Positions 1-9,578 of a stretch of DNA of 64,000 nucleotides are shown piece by piece. The notes beneath the pieces are model-generated. The model did not search any database, had not been told where the DNA came from, and was given only the letters and a program-made list of their open reading frames with translations. Origin of the DNA: an uncultured virus (IMG/VR IMGVR_UViG_3300033405_000010) (Duplodnaviria; Heunggongvirae; Uroviricota; Caudoviricetes); the IMG/VR virus record IMGVR_UViG_3300033405_000010. One strand, 5' to 3'. Position 1 is the stretch's first letter. Each line of letters opens with the position of its first letter. A program made the position numbers and the translations under genes.

Positions 1-213
1 GCCCGAGGCGCCGGTCGACCCGACGATGAGATTGCCGAGGTCGCCAATCGGGACGAACCCCCATGCGAAGTAGCCGACCGCGGCTCCCACCGCTCCGAGG
101 AGGAAGGGGAACCACTTCGACTCGACGAAGGCCGGGTTCTCCTCGGCCTCGTCGAGGAAGGCGAGTTCGTCGTTGTCGATTCCCTTCTTCAGTTCAGCGA
201 GTACATCGCTCAT
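1..213 (-). CDS. Membrane protein (runs off the window edge), similar to 3090-3581
   Basis: Read by hand: MSDVLAELKKGIDNDELAFLDEAEENPAFVESKWFPFLLGAVGAAVGYFAW...; EAEENP followed by a hydrophobic helix. Confidence 0.7.
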   Translation of the reverse strand, partial: MSDVLAELKKGIDNDELAFLDEAEENPAFVESKWFPFLLGAVGAAVGYFAWGFVPIGDLGNLIVGSTGASG

Positions 214-362
214 TTCGTCTCCTTGTGATGCTTGACCTTCCAGTGCTCGAACAGGTCGTCATCGTTCTCGAAAGCGGCCGAACACCTGGGCAAGCCGCAG
301 GTGATGGTCCGCTTCGTGTTCTGGACCTGGACGATGGGCACGTCGTTGAACGGGTTCGGCAT
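210..362 (-). CDS. Small C2H2 zinc-finger protein
   Basis: CGLPRC...FEHWKVKH; start overlaps the upstream stop. Confidence 0.65.
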   Translation of the reverse strand: MPNPFNDVPIVQVQNTKRTITCGLPRCSAAFENDDDLFEHWKVKHHKETK

Positions 363-799
363 CAGTACCACAGCTCCAGGGTGACGTTGCACGTCAGGTC
401 GCCGACCGTCCGCATCATGTAGATGCCGTTCTTCGGCGCGGTCAGGTAGGCGCGGAACTCACCCGGTGCGAAGACGAGGTAGTTCTGCGGCAGCACGGTC
501 GTGCGCTGGAACCATACGAAGATGGGCTTCGAGGAGTTGTTCTTCAGCGCCCATACCTGGAGGCCGTCCGGCATGGGGGACGGGTAGAGCGTCTGGACCT
601 TGTCTCCCGCCGGGCTCGCGCCGTTCACCGGGTACGTGATGAGTTCGGGGGTCGTCGCGGGCGATAGTTGGAACAGGATGCGCTCGAACAGATTGATGAG
701 GTGGTCCTTGTAGGCCACCTTACCAATCCCGGGCCCTCCGGTCTCCGCCAGGGGAATGAGAGGGCCCGCGTCGTCCGTGTCGGCGGCGTTGGTCGCCAT
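362..799 (-). CDS. Putative virion protein (beta-rich C-terminus)
   Basis: Start reassigned to MATNAAD after GGAGGT; LKNNSSKPIFVWF...VTLELWY. Confidence 0.6.
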   Translation of the reverse strand: MATNAADTDDAGPLIPLAETGGPGIGKVAYKDHLINLFERILFQLSPATTPELITYPVNGASPAGDKVQTLYPSPMPDGLQVWALKNNSSKPIFVWFQRTTVLPQNYLVFAPGEFRAYLTAPKNGIYMMRTVGDLTCNVTLELWY

Positions 800-810
800 C
801 GGGCGACCTC

Positions 811-1632
811 CTAGTAGCCCTGCGCCCGGATGTTGCTCTGGTACGAGGCTTCCGCCTGCGCCTGGTAGCCCGGAGAAGGCAGCGAGGGCTGTCCCTGGGC
901 CGGAGGCATGGTCGGAATCGGGGTGTAGGGCCCGGTGCCCACCTGCTTCGGAGTCATCGGGAGGTACTCGACGAACCCGATGTAGAACCGCACGCGGCCG
1001 TAGACGCCGGTCGTGTTCTCGCTGAGCAGGTTGCCCTCGGGCATCGTGAACTGCATCTGGATGGTTCCGACCTTCTGCACGTCGGTGACCGCCCACATGA
1101 ACGCCGGGTTCGGGAACTCGGGGCTCGAAACGAGCCAGTCGATAGGCCCGGAGTCCGACAGTTGGTCGAGGCCCCACCAGGGGGTCTGCGCCGGCTGCTT
1201 CAGTTGAACGCGGAGGGACTCACGGCCGACGATGAAGTTGTCCGTCGTGCCGTTCACCCCGAGCTGGAGCACGCGGGTGTTGTAGTCCCCGCCCCCGGCC
1301 GGGTTGAACGAGTTGACGTTCGTGTAGGTCGTGCCCGTCGCCACGGTGGGCGGCGTGAGGTCCGCGAGGACATCGTCCGGCTGAACGGTCGGCAGCACCA
1401 GGTAGAGGTGGCCGTCGTTCGGCTGGAGCGAGTTGATTTGGTTTGACGCGTACGGCGACGGCGTACCCGCAACGATGGGGTCCTCCGTCACGTACTCGTA
1501 CTCCGAAATCTCGATGTTCCGGACGTAGACGAACTGGCTCTTGCCGCTCGACCGGTAGTCGAGGAGCTTGAGCGTGTCCTCTACGCGGGGGAACACTCGG
1601 CGCCAGGTCTGGTAGTTGATTGGGTCGCTCAT
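811..1632 (-). CDS. Putative virion structural protein (beta-rich, candidate jelly-roll)
   Basis: 273-aa ORF with strong codon bias in a structural-like operon. Confidence 0.55.
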   Translation of the reverse strand: MSDPINYQTWRRVFPRVEDTLKLLDYRSSGKSQFVYVRNIEISEYEYVTEDPIVAGTPSPYASNQINSLQPNDGHLYLVLPTVQPDDVLADLTPPTVATGTTYTNVNSFNPAGGGDYNTRVLQLGVNGTTDNFIVGRESLRVQLKQPAQTPWWGLDQLSDSGPIDWLVSSPEFPNPAFMWAVTDVQKVGTIQMQFTMPEGNLLSENTTGVYGRVRFYIGFVEYLPMTPKQVGTGPYTPIPTMPPAQGQPSLPSPGYQAQAEASYQSNIRAQGY

Positions 1633-1693
1633 CTTCTTCTTCTCCTCTTTTTGTGTGTGTTTCGAGGGAAAGGGTTACAATCGGAGGAGGACC

Positions 1694-2041
1694 CTAAGGG
1701 TCCTCCCCCTCCGTCGGTCCGGACAAGTCCGGGTCGATGGGCTCGTCCCCCGAAAGGGGGGAAGGGGTTTCGTCGTCGCCATCGTCGAGCACTGGCGCTG
1801 CCATGCCCGAAGGGAGGTACTGGAGCACCTCCATGTCGGGCACGTCCGACACCTCGTCGTACCGCGTCACGTCGGGTTCGTGGGCCCACTCGGGCTCGGG
1901 GCCCTTCAACGCGACCACCGCTACGCCCTCTGAGAGGACGTAGTTGACGTGGATGTCCTGCCCCTTGCAGTCGTACTTGGGGTGGACCGGGTCCCGGTAG
2001 GCACCCGTTCCCACAATCGGCATCGCGTATCGGACCGCCAT
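1694..2041 (-). CDS. Hypothetical protein, acidic tail
   Basis: ORF with SD-like GAGGGA and typical codon bias. Confidence 0.65.
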   Translation of the reverse strand: MAVRYAMPIVGTGAYRDPVHPKYDCKGQDIHVNYVLSEGVAVVALKGPEPEWAHEPDVTRYDEVSDVPDMEVLQYLPSGMAAPVLDDGDDETPSPLSGDEPIDPDLSGPTEGEDP

Positions 2042-2048
2042 CGTTCCC

Positions 2049-2432
2049 TCAGTGGTACCACGCCTCGACGTTCACGCTGTACGCCGCGAACGCAGCGGTC
2101 GGCGCTGCTACCGTCAGGCCCGCGCTGACCACGCTGACCGGGAGGGCCCCCGCAGGGGTCGTCCCAATCGACGTGATGGAGGCGAAGCCGATGGTCAGCG
2201 TCGTCGCCGAGTTGATGACGCACGCCGTCGCCGAGTCGATTGCCCGCGCGGGGAACGTCACCGTAGCGACGCCCAACGCGGACGTCGTGACCGCCAGGTT
2301 CGAGAGCCTGGTGTACCGTCGTCCCGGGGACGGGCCCGCGTTGAGCGCGCCCAGGTACGACAGGTACGGTCCGGCGACCGGCGGGGACGTGCCCGCGGCG
2401 TTGACGAAGCGCGAGCTTGCGGGGGTGGTCAT
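2049..2432 (-). CDS. Putative virion protein (Ala/Thr/Val-rich)
   Basis: 127 aa, GGAGGT upstream, beta-strand pattern. Confidence 0.6.
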   Translation of the reverse strand: MTTPASSRFVNAAGTSPPVAGPYLSYLGALNAGPSPGRRYTRLSNLAVTTSALGVATVTFPARAIDSATACVINSATTLTIGFASITSIGTTPAGALPVSVVSAGLTVAAPTAAFAAYSVNVEAWYH

Positions 2433-2446
2433 GGGCTAGACCTCCC

Positions 2447-3076
2447 CTATGCCCGAACCGACGACGCCGTGATGGTCGTTCCCTGCGGCTCCGCCCAGAG
2501 CGTGTAGTGCACGTCGACGACCGGCGCCGCGGCGACCGTGATGAGGTAGTGTCCGATGAGTTCGGACGGTCCCCAAATCGGCTGCTGAAGCGTCGAGCAG
2601 CGCGGGTACTCCCAGCCCAGGATGTCCTGGAGCATCCACCCGGTCTTGATGTTCGACCCCGTCGTGAACTTCCACGCGATTTCGGGTGGGGTTCCGGGGG
2701 TCTGGACCTCAGTTCCGTAGAGGATGAGGAACCGGTCCTGGGGCATCTGTCCCGTCAGGATGGGGTTCCCCGCTCCGTCGAACGTGCCCGAGGTGTCGAC
2801 CCCGGCCTTGGCGGCCGTGATGGACCAGTCGGGTGCGTAGTTGGTCGCTAGGCTCGTGCCCTGGAAGGTGCTCTGGTCGTCACCCGGCAGGAAGGGGCGC
2901 ACGTCGTAGTCCGCGGGGATACCGCCCTTCCCCGTGATTTTGCTCACGAGGTTGCCGTACCCGAGTTCGCGGAAGTAGACGAAGTCGCCGACGTCCCGCA
3001 GCGGGATGAGGACGAAGTACCGCGTGGGGCTGGCCTGGGACTGGCTGGTCAGGGGGCTCGTTGAGACTCCGCTCAT
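2447..3076 (-). CDS. Candidate major capsid protein (single jelly-roll-like, inferred)
   Basis: 209 aa, beta-rich, strong SD, downstream of basic and membrane protein genes; fold not verified. Confidence 0.4.
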   Translation of the reverse strand: MSGVSTSPLTSQSQASPTRYFVLIPLRDVGDFVYFRELGYGNLVSKITGKGGIPADYDVRPFLPGDDQSTFQGTSLATNYAPDWSITAAKAGVDTSGTFDGAGNPILTGQMPQDRFLILYGTEVQTPGTPPEIAWKFTTGSNIKTGWMLQDILGWEYPRCSTLQQPIWGPSELIGHYLITVAAAPVVDVHYTLWAEPQGTTITASSVRA

Positions 3077-3089
3077 GTTCTTCCTCCCC

Positions 3090-3581
3090 TCACACCGTGA
3101 TGGCGCGGTTGCGGCGGGTGATGCCGCCCGGCATCATGTTGGCCGGGGCGTTGCGGATGCTCGTCGCGGGAGCACCGAAGCCCGTGGTCACCAGCGCGTT
3201 CACCAGCGTGCCGACGCCCGCAACGGCGACTCCGATGGAGACACCGTTGATGGCCTTCTTGACCATCTCACCGCGCATCGAGCGGGTGAAGTAGACGAGC
3301 GCCGCAGCGCCCGCAACCTCAACGCCGAACACGATGACGGCAGCCGTGGTGGTCGAGCCGACCGCAGTCACCAACTGCGGCATCAGCCAGCCGTTCAGGA
3401 ACCCGGCAGCGACGAAGCCGACCGCGGCTCCGAAGGCGATGGTCAGGAACTCGCCCAGGAAGCCAGGGTTCTCCTCAGCCTCCGTGACGAGCGAGACCTC
3501 GTCCTCCGGTACCTCCGGTACCAGGTCCACCGGATTGGGGTGCTCCGGCAACACACTCGTCTCTTCGCTTACGGTCTTCAT
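3090..3581 (-). CDS. Membrane protein (about 3 TM helices, basic C-tail)
   Basis: Acidic N-terminus ending EAEENP, three hydrophobic segments. Confidence 0.75.
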   Translation of the reverse strand: MKTVSEETSVLPEHPNPVDLVPEVPEDEVSLVTEAEENPGFLGEFLTIAFGAAVGFVAAGFLNGWLMPQLVTAVGSTTTAAVIVFGVEVAGAAALVYFTRSMRGEMVKKAINGVSIGVAVAGVGTLVNALVTTGFGAPATSIRNAPANMMPGGITRRNRAITV

Positions 3582-3614
3582 GGTTCTGTGGTTTCTCCTT
3601 CTACGGCGGGTGTC

Positions 3615-3815
3615 TCAGTGGCGAAGGCGCCGGAATCCCCCACCGTAGCGGCGGACTCGGCGTGCTCCCTTCTTGGCGGCGCGGCTGTGTCCCGGCGTGT
3701 TGTCGTACCAGGGGTTTCGGCGAGACGCGCCCGGCGCGAAGTGGGCGCACTTGCCGCTCCTCTTGTGCGACGTACAGTGCCGGCGGGTATGCTTGTGCAT
3801 ACGTCCCGTCACCAT
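3615..3815 (-). CDS. Small highly basic protein (candidate genome-condensing protein)
   Basis: Arg/His/Lys-rich 66 aa with RRNP; GAGGT upstream. Confidence 0.6.
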   Translation of the reverse strand: MVTGRMHKHTRRHCTSHKRSGKCAHFAPGASRRNPWYDNTPGHSRAAKKGARRVRRYGGGFRRLRH

Positions 3816-3918
3816 CGTGGGTACCTCGGCGGTCCCACCCGAGCCGTGGTATTTGAAGGAAAATCAGCGCGCTAGCCGGCTGCGGGTTCAAATACCGTCA
3901 GCCGGATGGGACCGGACG

Positions 3919-4164
3919 ATGCGAACGGCTACGCCCGAGGCGCCGAAGGAACAGCGGGAGACCATCGCGGTCCGTCTCCCCTCTCCTCTCGTGAAGTCGT
4001 TCCGCATGGCGGTCCTGGAAGAGCACGGCAGCTACGCGGGCGGATGGCTCGCGTTCGAGACCGAGCGGGCACTTCGGGCGTACCTGCTGCTCGTGCAGCT
4101 TTCGAACGAATCGACGCCGGACGGAGAGGCCGCCCGTCGCACGCTGGAACGAGCAACGGTCTGA
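3919..4164 (+). CDS. Ribbon-helix-helix-like DNA-binding protein
   Basis: ETIAVRLPSPLVKSFR; GGGTTCAAATACC promoter-like element upstream. Confidence 0.6.
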   Translation: MRTATPEAPKEQRETIAVRLPSPLVKSFRMAVLEEHGSYAGGWLAFETERALRAYLLLVQLSNESTPDGEAARRTLERATV

Positions 4165-4202
4165 CCTCAGTCTTAAAGCCCGACTCGTGTGTGAGCCCTT
4201 CG

Positions 4203-7200
4203 ATGCCCGGAATCATCGGCTACTACATCATCACCGAGGAACTGCTCGCGCCCTTTGCGGTGCTGACGAACCCCACCGCCTCACAGACGGTCGCGCAACC
4301 GTTCGGGGTATCGCTCACCTTCTACGACGTGGTCAACTCGCAGCCGTACTTCACGCTCGCACAGGGAGGCTCCATCTCGGGCTCGCCCGTCGTTGGGTTC
4401 TCGGTGCTGTCGAACTTCACGTTCGACTCGGCGGCGAACAACCTCGAACTCGGCGGCATCCCGGTCGTCATCACGGGTCCCGTTGGCTCCGGGCAGGTGC
4501 TCACGTACAACGGTACGGACTGGGTGAACGGCGCGGGCGCATCGGGCGGCGTCACCTCACTGAACACGCTGACCGGCGCGCTGACCATCGCAGCCGGGAC
4601 GGATATTTCGGTCACCCCTTCGGGCGGGAATAAGCTCACCATCGCGTACACGGGCTCGGCGGGAGGCGTGACATCCCTAAACGCGCTGACCGGCGCGCTC
4701 TCACTCACGTCCACCGGTCTCTCGGTCAGCATCAGCCCATCCGGAACGAGCATCGACCTTGAGGTCGCGGAGATTGATGGCGGGACACTCGCCGGGAGCG
4801 CCTTCGACTTCACCCTTCCGCTCTCCTCGGGTCAGTTCCTGAAGTTCAACGGCACGGACTGGGTGAACGCCGCCGGCAGCGGGTCGGCCGGCGTCACGTC
4901 GTTGCAGGGCCTCGCGGGCGACCTCACCCTGACCTCGACCGGAGGTTCCATCACCATCACGCCATCGAGCCCCGACATCGACCTCGAAGTCGCGGAACTC
5001 ATGGGCGGGACGCTGGACGGCGTGGCCTTCGACTTCGGTTCCCTTTCGAGCGGGGACGTCCTGACGTACAACGGGAGCGACTGGGTGAACGCGCCGACCG
5101 CCGCGACCGGCGTCACCTCGCTCAACACCCTGACCGGCGCCCTCGCGCTGACATCCAGCGGGACGACGAGCAACATCAGCATCAGCACGTCGGGGTCGGA
5201 CGTAGTGCTTCAGGTCGCGCACGCGCCCTGGCTCGGCATCACTGACAGCTACGGCACGTTCCTCGATGCGGCGACCGCTGCCTATGGCGGCATCGCCTTC
5301 AAGGGCCTCTCGACGACCTCGGCCGCCACGGGCACGAAGGCGCTCTTCGCCATCGACACTGCGAAGACGGTCTCGACCTGGGATGGTAACAGTTGGCTCA
5401 ACTTCGAGATTGCCGGCACTGAGTACGCCAACTTCGGCTACACCTACCCGAGCAGCGTCCCCAACGTCACGCTCGCGGTGACGGGGAGCGCCACGGCTCT
5501 CAACATCAACGCCAACGGAGCGACCGGGGCCCTCAACCTCAACGCGAGCGGGGCTTCAGGCGCCATCACCCTCAGCACGGAAGGGGCGAACGGCGCAATC
5601 ACGCTCGAAGCGAGCTTCACGAACGGTTACGTCGAGGAGCACGGCAGCGGCTATGAGGGGAACTTCGGCGCCAACGGCTACGACCTGACCGGGTACGGCC
5701 TTACGTTCACCTCGTACGCGCAGTTCAGCAACTACGTCTACACCAAGGAAGACCCCGAAGTTTGGTACGACTTCGTGAACCCGAGCTTCGCCGAAATCAA
5801 GGCCGGGGGCGCCGACCCGTCGTACGTGATGATGACCCTCGACAAGACCACGAACGCGGCCCGCGACACGACCGCTGGGTTCCTCCCGGTCATCGCGGGC
5901 TACACGCTCTGGGTCTCCAACGTCGCGGCGCTGACCAACGTGACGGCGGGCGCGGCCATCCAGGCGGGGACGACGGTCACCGCGGGCACGGACTTCTACG
6001 GCGAAATCGACACCACCAGCCTGGGCGGCGTCGACTTCTCATTCTCGGGCATTTCGTCGGGCGACGTCCTGTACTACAACGGCAGCGACTGGATTAACAC
6101 GAACGCGGCTGCCCTCGCCCCCGTCCAGTCGGTCAGCAACTCCGATGGGTCGCTGAGCATCTCGCCCACGACCGGCGCGGTCGTAGCATCCCTGAACGTC
6201 GGCAACGCGAACTCCTGGACCGCGGAGCAGACGTTCACTGCCGGCGCGGGACCGAACACGAGCATCAGCGTCACGCACGGCGCGGACTTCTCGGGCTACG
6301 GAATCACCATCAGCGCCGGTTCGAACGGGGCGTTCCGCATCGCCAACCCGGCCGCGACGTACATGTACTTCATTCACCCCGCTGCGCTCGCGCAGTCGAC
6401 AACGCTCACTCTGCCGCTCTGCACTGCGGCCACCGACTCCCTCGCCGCTGTGGGCACGGCCCAGACCTGGACCGCGACGCAGACCTACACCCCGAACACG
6501 CCCATCGAGTTCACCATCGGGACGAACACCTACGCGCAGATTGGCATCTCGGGCGACCCCAGCTCGACGGACACGGCCTCCATCAACTGGTTCCGCAACA
6601 ACTCCAACTCGACCGCGTTCGGAATCTACAACGGCAACAGCACGTCGGTCGTCTTCTCCGTCAGCAGTTCGGGGAACGTCAACGCGAGCGGGACCGCCAC
6701 GGCATCCTCCTTCTACGGCGAGATTGACACCACGACCCTCGACGGCGTGGCCTTCTCCTTCACGAGCCTCTCCTCGGGCGACCTGCTTTCGTACAACGGC
6801 TCGAACTGGGTCAACGCGGCCTTGTCGAGCGCCGTCGTCACGTCGCTCAACAGCATGACCGGCGCGCTCACCGTGAACTCGCCCAACTCGACGCTGAACG
6901 TCAACGCCAGCAGCCCGCACCTGGAACTCGACATCAACCTCAACAACGGCAACACTTGGACGGCCACGCAGACGTTCAACTACTACAATCCCGCCATCGA
7001 GTTGCCGGCGCCTACGGGCGGGGGTTCCTCGAACTCACCGGGGATTGCGATTCTCGGGTACACTGGTGCCGTGTCCGTCGGCGTCAACCTCTACGTCAAC
7101 GACACGGGGACGTTCGTCGTAGGGCAGCAAGGGTCGCCGTACTCGAACCTCTTCACGGTTGACCAATCCGGCAACGTCCACGCCGGCGGCGACGTCTACT

Positions 7201-7724
7201 CCAACGACTACTTCTACGGAGGCAACGCCAGCCTCACGGGCGGCCGGCTCATCATCGGAAAGAACTCACAGGTCGGCGCCATTCAGTGGTACTCGACCCC
7301 CGGCGATTTCGACTGGCTCGACGCGGATGGGGCGGGAACTTCGATGGCGCTCTACACGGCCGCGGTCACCATCGCCGCCGGTTACACGCTGTCAATCGCC
7401 GCGGTATCGAACTCCTCGGACTCCCGGCTCAAGCCGGACTGGACCGACTACCCGAACGACCCGTTCGCGGAACTCGATGCGGTTCGCGTGGGCCAATACC
7501 GCCACATGGGAACCCCGGAGAACATGGCGGACCTCGGCAGCTACCGCGCCGGTGTTGCCGCCGAGACCCTGCCCGCTACCGTCAACGAGTACGACCCCGA
7601 GGGATGGGCTCACGTCCGGAGCCCCGACTCGTTCGCGTGGAGCGTGGTCGTGATGAAGGCCCTGCGCGATAAGGTCCGCAATCTCGAAACCGAGGTCGCT
7701 TCCCTCCGAGCGACGAGGAACTGA
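4203..7724 (+). CDS. Spike/fibre protein with C-terminal intramolecular chaperone (peptidase S74-like)
   Basis: Start reassigned to ATG 4203 after CTTAAAG; repeated G(D/Q)xLxYNGxDWVN and GVTSLNxLTGAL motifs; SDSRLK and C-terminal coiled coil. Confidence 0.85.
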   Translation: MPGIIGYYIITEELLAPFAVLTNPTASQTVAQPFGVSLTFYDVVNSQPYFTLAQGGSISGSPVVGFSVLSNFTFDSAANNLELGGIPVVITGPVGSGQVLTYNGTDWVNGAGASGGVTSLNTLTGALTIAAGTDISVTPSGGNKLTIAYTGSAGGVTSLNALTGALSLTSTGLSVSISPSGTSIDLEVAEIDGGTLAGSAFDFTLPLSSGQFLKFNGTDWVNAAGSGSAGVTSLQGLAGDLTLTSTGGSITITPSSPDIDLEVAELMGGTLDGVAFDFGSLSSGDVLTYNGSDWVNAPTAATGVTSLNTLTGALALTSSGTTSNISISTSGSDVVLQVAHAPWLGITDSYGTFLDAATAAYGGIAFKGLSTTSAATGTKALFAIDTAKTVSTWDGNSWLNFEIAGTEYANFGYTYPSSVPNVTLAVTGSATALNINANGATGALNLNASGASGAITLSTEGANGAITLEASFTNGYVEEHGSGYEGNFGANGYDLTGYGLTFTSYAQFSNYVYTKEDPEVWYDFVNPSFAEIKAGGADPSYVMMTLDKTTNAARDTTAGFLPVIAGYTLWVSNVAALTNVTAGAAIQAGTTVTAGTDFYGEIDTTSLGGVDFSFSGISSGDVLYYNGSDWINTNAAALAPVQSVSNSDGSLSISPTTGAVVASLNVGNANSWTAEQTFTAGAGPNTSISVTHGADFSGYGITISAGSNGAFRIANPAATYMYFIHPAALAQSTTLTLPLCTAATDSLAAVGTAQTWTATQTYTPNTPIEFTIGTNTYAQIGISGDPSSTDTASINWFRNNSNSTAFGIYNGNSTSVVFSVSSSGNVNASGTATASSFYGEIDTTTLDGVAFSFTSLSSGDLLSYNGSNWVNAALSSAVVTSLNSMTGALTVNSPNSTLNVNASSPHLELDINLNNGNTWTATQTFNYYNPAIELPAPTGGGSSNSPGIAILGYTGAVSVGVNLYVNDTGTFVVGQQGSPYSNLFTVDQSGNVHAGGDVYSNDYFYGGNASLTGGRLIIGKNSQVGAIQWYSTPGDFDWLDADGAGTSMALYTAAVTIAAGYTLSIAAVSNSSDSRLKPDWTDYPNDPFAELDAVRVGQYRHMGTPENMADLGSYRAGVAAETLPATVNEYDPEGWAHVRSPDSFAWSVVVMKALRDKVRNLETEVASLRATRN

Positions 7725-7727
7725 TGG

Positions 7728-8171
7728 ATGCTCCGCGTCGTCCGTAAGTCGCCGAGGCTCATCGTCCGGCCCGTGCGACAAATGCCGCCACCCCGGGCCA
7801 ATCCCTGGACAGCGGCGGACACCGCGACGCTTACGGGCGGGCTTATTGGAGCCGCCCTTACGCTCGACGTCATGGACAAGGTCACGACGTACATGGCGAT
7901 GGAATACCCGGAGTTGTTCTACGAGAGCAACCCCATCATGGCGAAGACCATCGAGACGGTGGGGCTCCCGGTCGCGGTGTTCATTTGGGCCGTCCTTCCG
8001 CCGCTCGGGGCATGGGCGCTCACCGACTGGTCCGACCCGAAGCATAAGAGCCCCTGGCTCCGGCCGACGGTGTGGGGGATGATGGCCGTCTTCTACGCAT
8101 TTACCATCGGCTCGAACATCTTTCAGACGTTCCAGCCCCTGCCGGCACAAACCTCCCCGGCTCCGCAGTAA
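7728..8171 (+). CDS. Membrane protein (DUF5658-like)
   Basis: DKVTTY...YESNP motif with hydrophobic segments. Confidence 0.6.
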   Translation: MLRVVRKSPRLIVRPVRQMPPPRANPWTAADTATLTGGLIGAALTLDVMDKVTTYMAMEYPELFYESNPIMAKTIETVGLPVAVFIWAVLPPLGAWALTDWSDPKHKSPWLRPTVWGMMAVFYAFTIGSNIFQTFQPLPAQTSPAPQ

Positions 8172-8200
8172 ATAAATAACCCACCCGCCATCCGCCGGCG

Positions 8201-8695
8201 ATGACGCTCCGGCTCAAGTTGAACCTGAACGACTCGTTGGTCGGGATGCTCCGCGACATCGTCACGAGCGAGAAGCAGCGCGAGAAGGGCCTGACCGAGG
8301 AGGTTTGGGTCTTCCGACAGCTACGGCAGCTTGCGGGGAACCACGCCGCGGCGTGGCGCAGCATCGAGGCGAAGGGTTCCTGGGAAGGGTTCGCGGTCGC
8401 CGGTCGGACGATGCAGGTGACCCGCGACGCGCTGCACGAGTTCCCTCTCGACGCGGGGCAGGGAAACTTCGAGGTGCTCCTCGGCGACCGTATCCTGGAC
8501 TCGCTTCAGCACACCTGCGCCCTCGTCGAGGCCACGAACCGCCTGTCGGGGCGGCCCGTGCCCTGGACCACGGCGCACGAGTGGCTCGAACGCTACATCG
8601 AGGAGACCATCATCCTGGGCATGGCGAAGGTCGACAACGAGGACCTTGAGGAAGAGGAGAAGGACCTGACCGATTCCTCGAAGGACGCGCCCTAA
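8201..8695 (+). CDS. Hypothetical protein
   Basis: ORF after TAAATAAATAA element. Confidence 0.7.
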   Translation: MTLRLKLNLNDSLVGMLRDIVTSEKQREKGLTEEVWVFRQLRQLAGNHAAAWRSIEAKGSWEGFAVAGRTMQVTRDALHEFPLDAGQGNFEVLLGDRILDSLQHTCALVEATNRLSGRPVPWTTAHEWLERYIEETIILGMAKVDNEDLEEEEKDLTDSSKDAP

Positions 8696-9051
8696 CCGGC
8701 GACCCCGACAACCTTCCCGAGGGCAGCGAGCGCGGCCCGCAGCCGCGGGTCGCTGCGCGCGGCCTCCAGGATGTGGCGGTTGACCTCGTCCTGCGTGCGG
8801 CCCTTGAACGTCCGAATCTCGACGACCTGGCCGTTCTCGGAGATGGGGATGGACTGCGTGACGCCGAGTGGGTGCGGGTTGTGCTTCAAGTAGGCCCGCA
8901 CGCCGATGCGCTTCGCTTCGAGGGCGGAGTGCGCGGGGACGCGGAAGACCTGCTCGCGGACCCGCACGCGGTACTCGCGGAGCTTCGGCCCGGGGTTCTT
9001 CACCACGGGCTTCGCCTCGACCTTACGGACCTTCAGACGGCGCTTGACCAT
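8692..9051 (-). CDS. Basic hypothetical protein with NP motifs
   Basis: GGAGGG upstream; VKNP and KHNP. Confidence 0.7.
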   Translation of the reverse strand: MVKRRLKVRKVEAKPVVKNPGPKLREYRVRVREQVFRVPAHSALEAKRIGVRAYLKHNPHPLGVTQSIPISENGQVVEIRTFKGRTQDEVNRHILEAARSDPRLRAALAALGKVVGVAG

Positions 9052-9578
9052 GTAGCCGCCCTCCGCCGGAACACCCTCCGGTAGGCTCGGTAGACCTTTG
9101 ACGTCGTCTTCCCGAGAGCGATGCTGAGGCGCATCCGCCCGACCAGGGAAAGGAGAAGCACGAGCACGACGATGAGGAAGGCCGCGCCGAAGTACGTGTA
9201 CATGCCGTCCGCCTTGACGTAGAGGTAGCCGACGGCGCTGCCGAGCACGGCGGCAACGAGCGTCACGACGGTTGTGATGGTCATGTGGACCCGGGAGATG
9301 TCCTCGCTCCGCTGGACGGCGAGCTGGTCGTGGTCACCGCCCTGGCCCGTGTGAGCGTTCCACTTGGCGGTCTCCGTGTCCGTGACGCCCTTGACGATGT
9401 CGGAGACCCGATTCCCGAGCGTCCCGGCGAGGGAGGAGAGGTCCTCCTTGACGTCGCTACGGAACTGCTCCAACTCCCGTTGGACGGCGGCGAGACGGGC
9501 GTTCATGGCAGCCAACTGCTCGCCGGTGTATCGCTCGTGGCTGTGCCGCTCGAACTCGTCCACGGGGTCCTCCACCAT
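9033..9578 (-). CDS. Coiled-coil plus 2-TM membrane protein
   Basis: N-terminal heptads, two hydrophobic helices. Confidence 0.7.
   Translation of the reverse strand: MVEDPVDEFERHSHERYTGEQLAAMNARLAAVQRELEQFRSDVKEDLSSLAGTLGNRVSDIVKGVTDTETAKWNAHTGQGGDHDQLAVQRSEDISRVHMTITTVVTLVAAVLGSAVGYLYVKADGMYTYFGAAFLIVVLVLLLSLVGRMRLSIALGKTTSKVYRAYRRVFRRRAATWSSAV

Noticed and set aside
3906..4202. N-terminal extension of the spike ORF
   Set aside because: Overlaps an RHH-like gene in another frame; a promoter-like element points to ATG 4203
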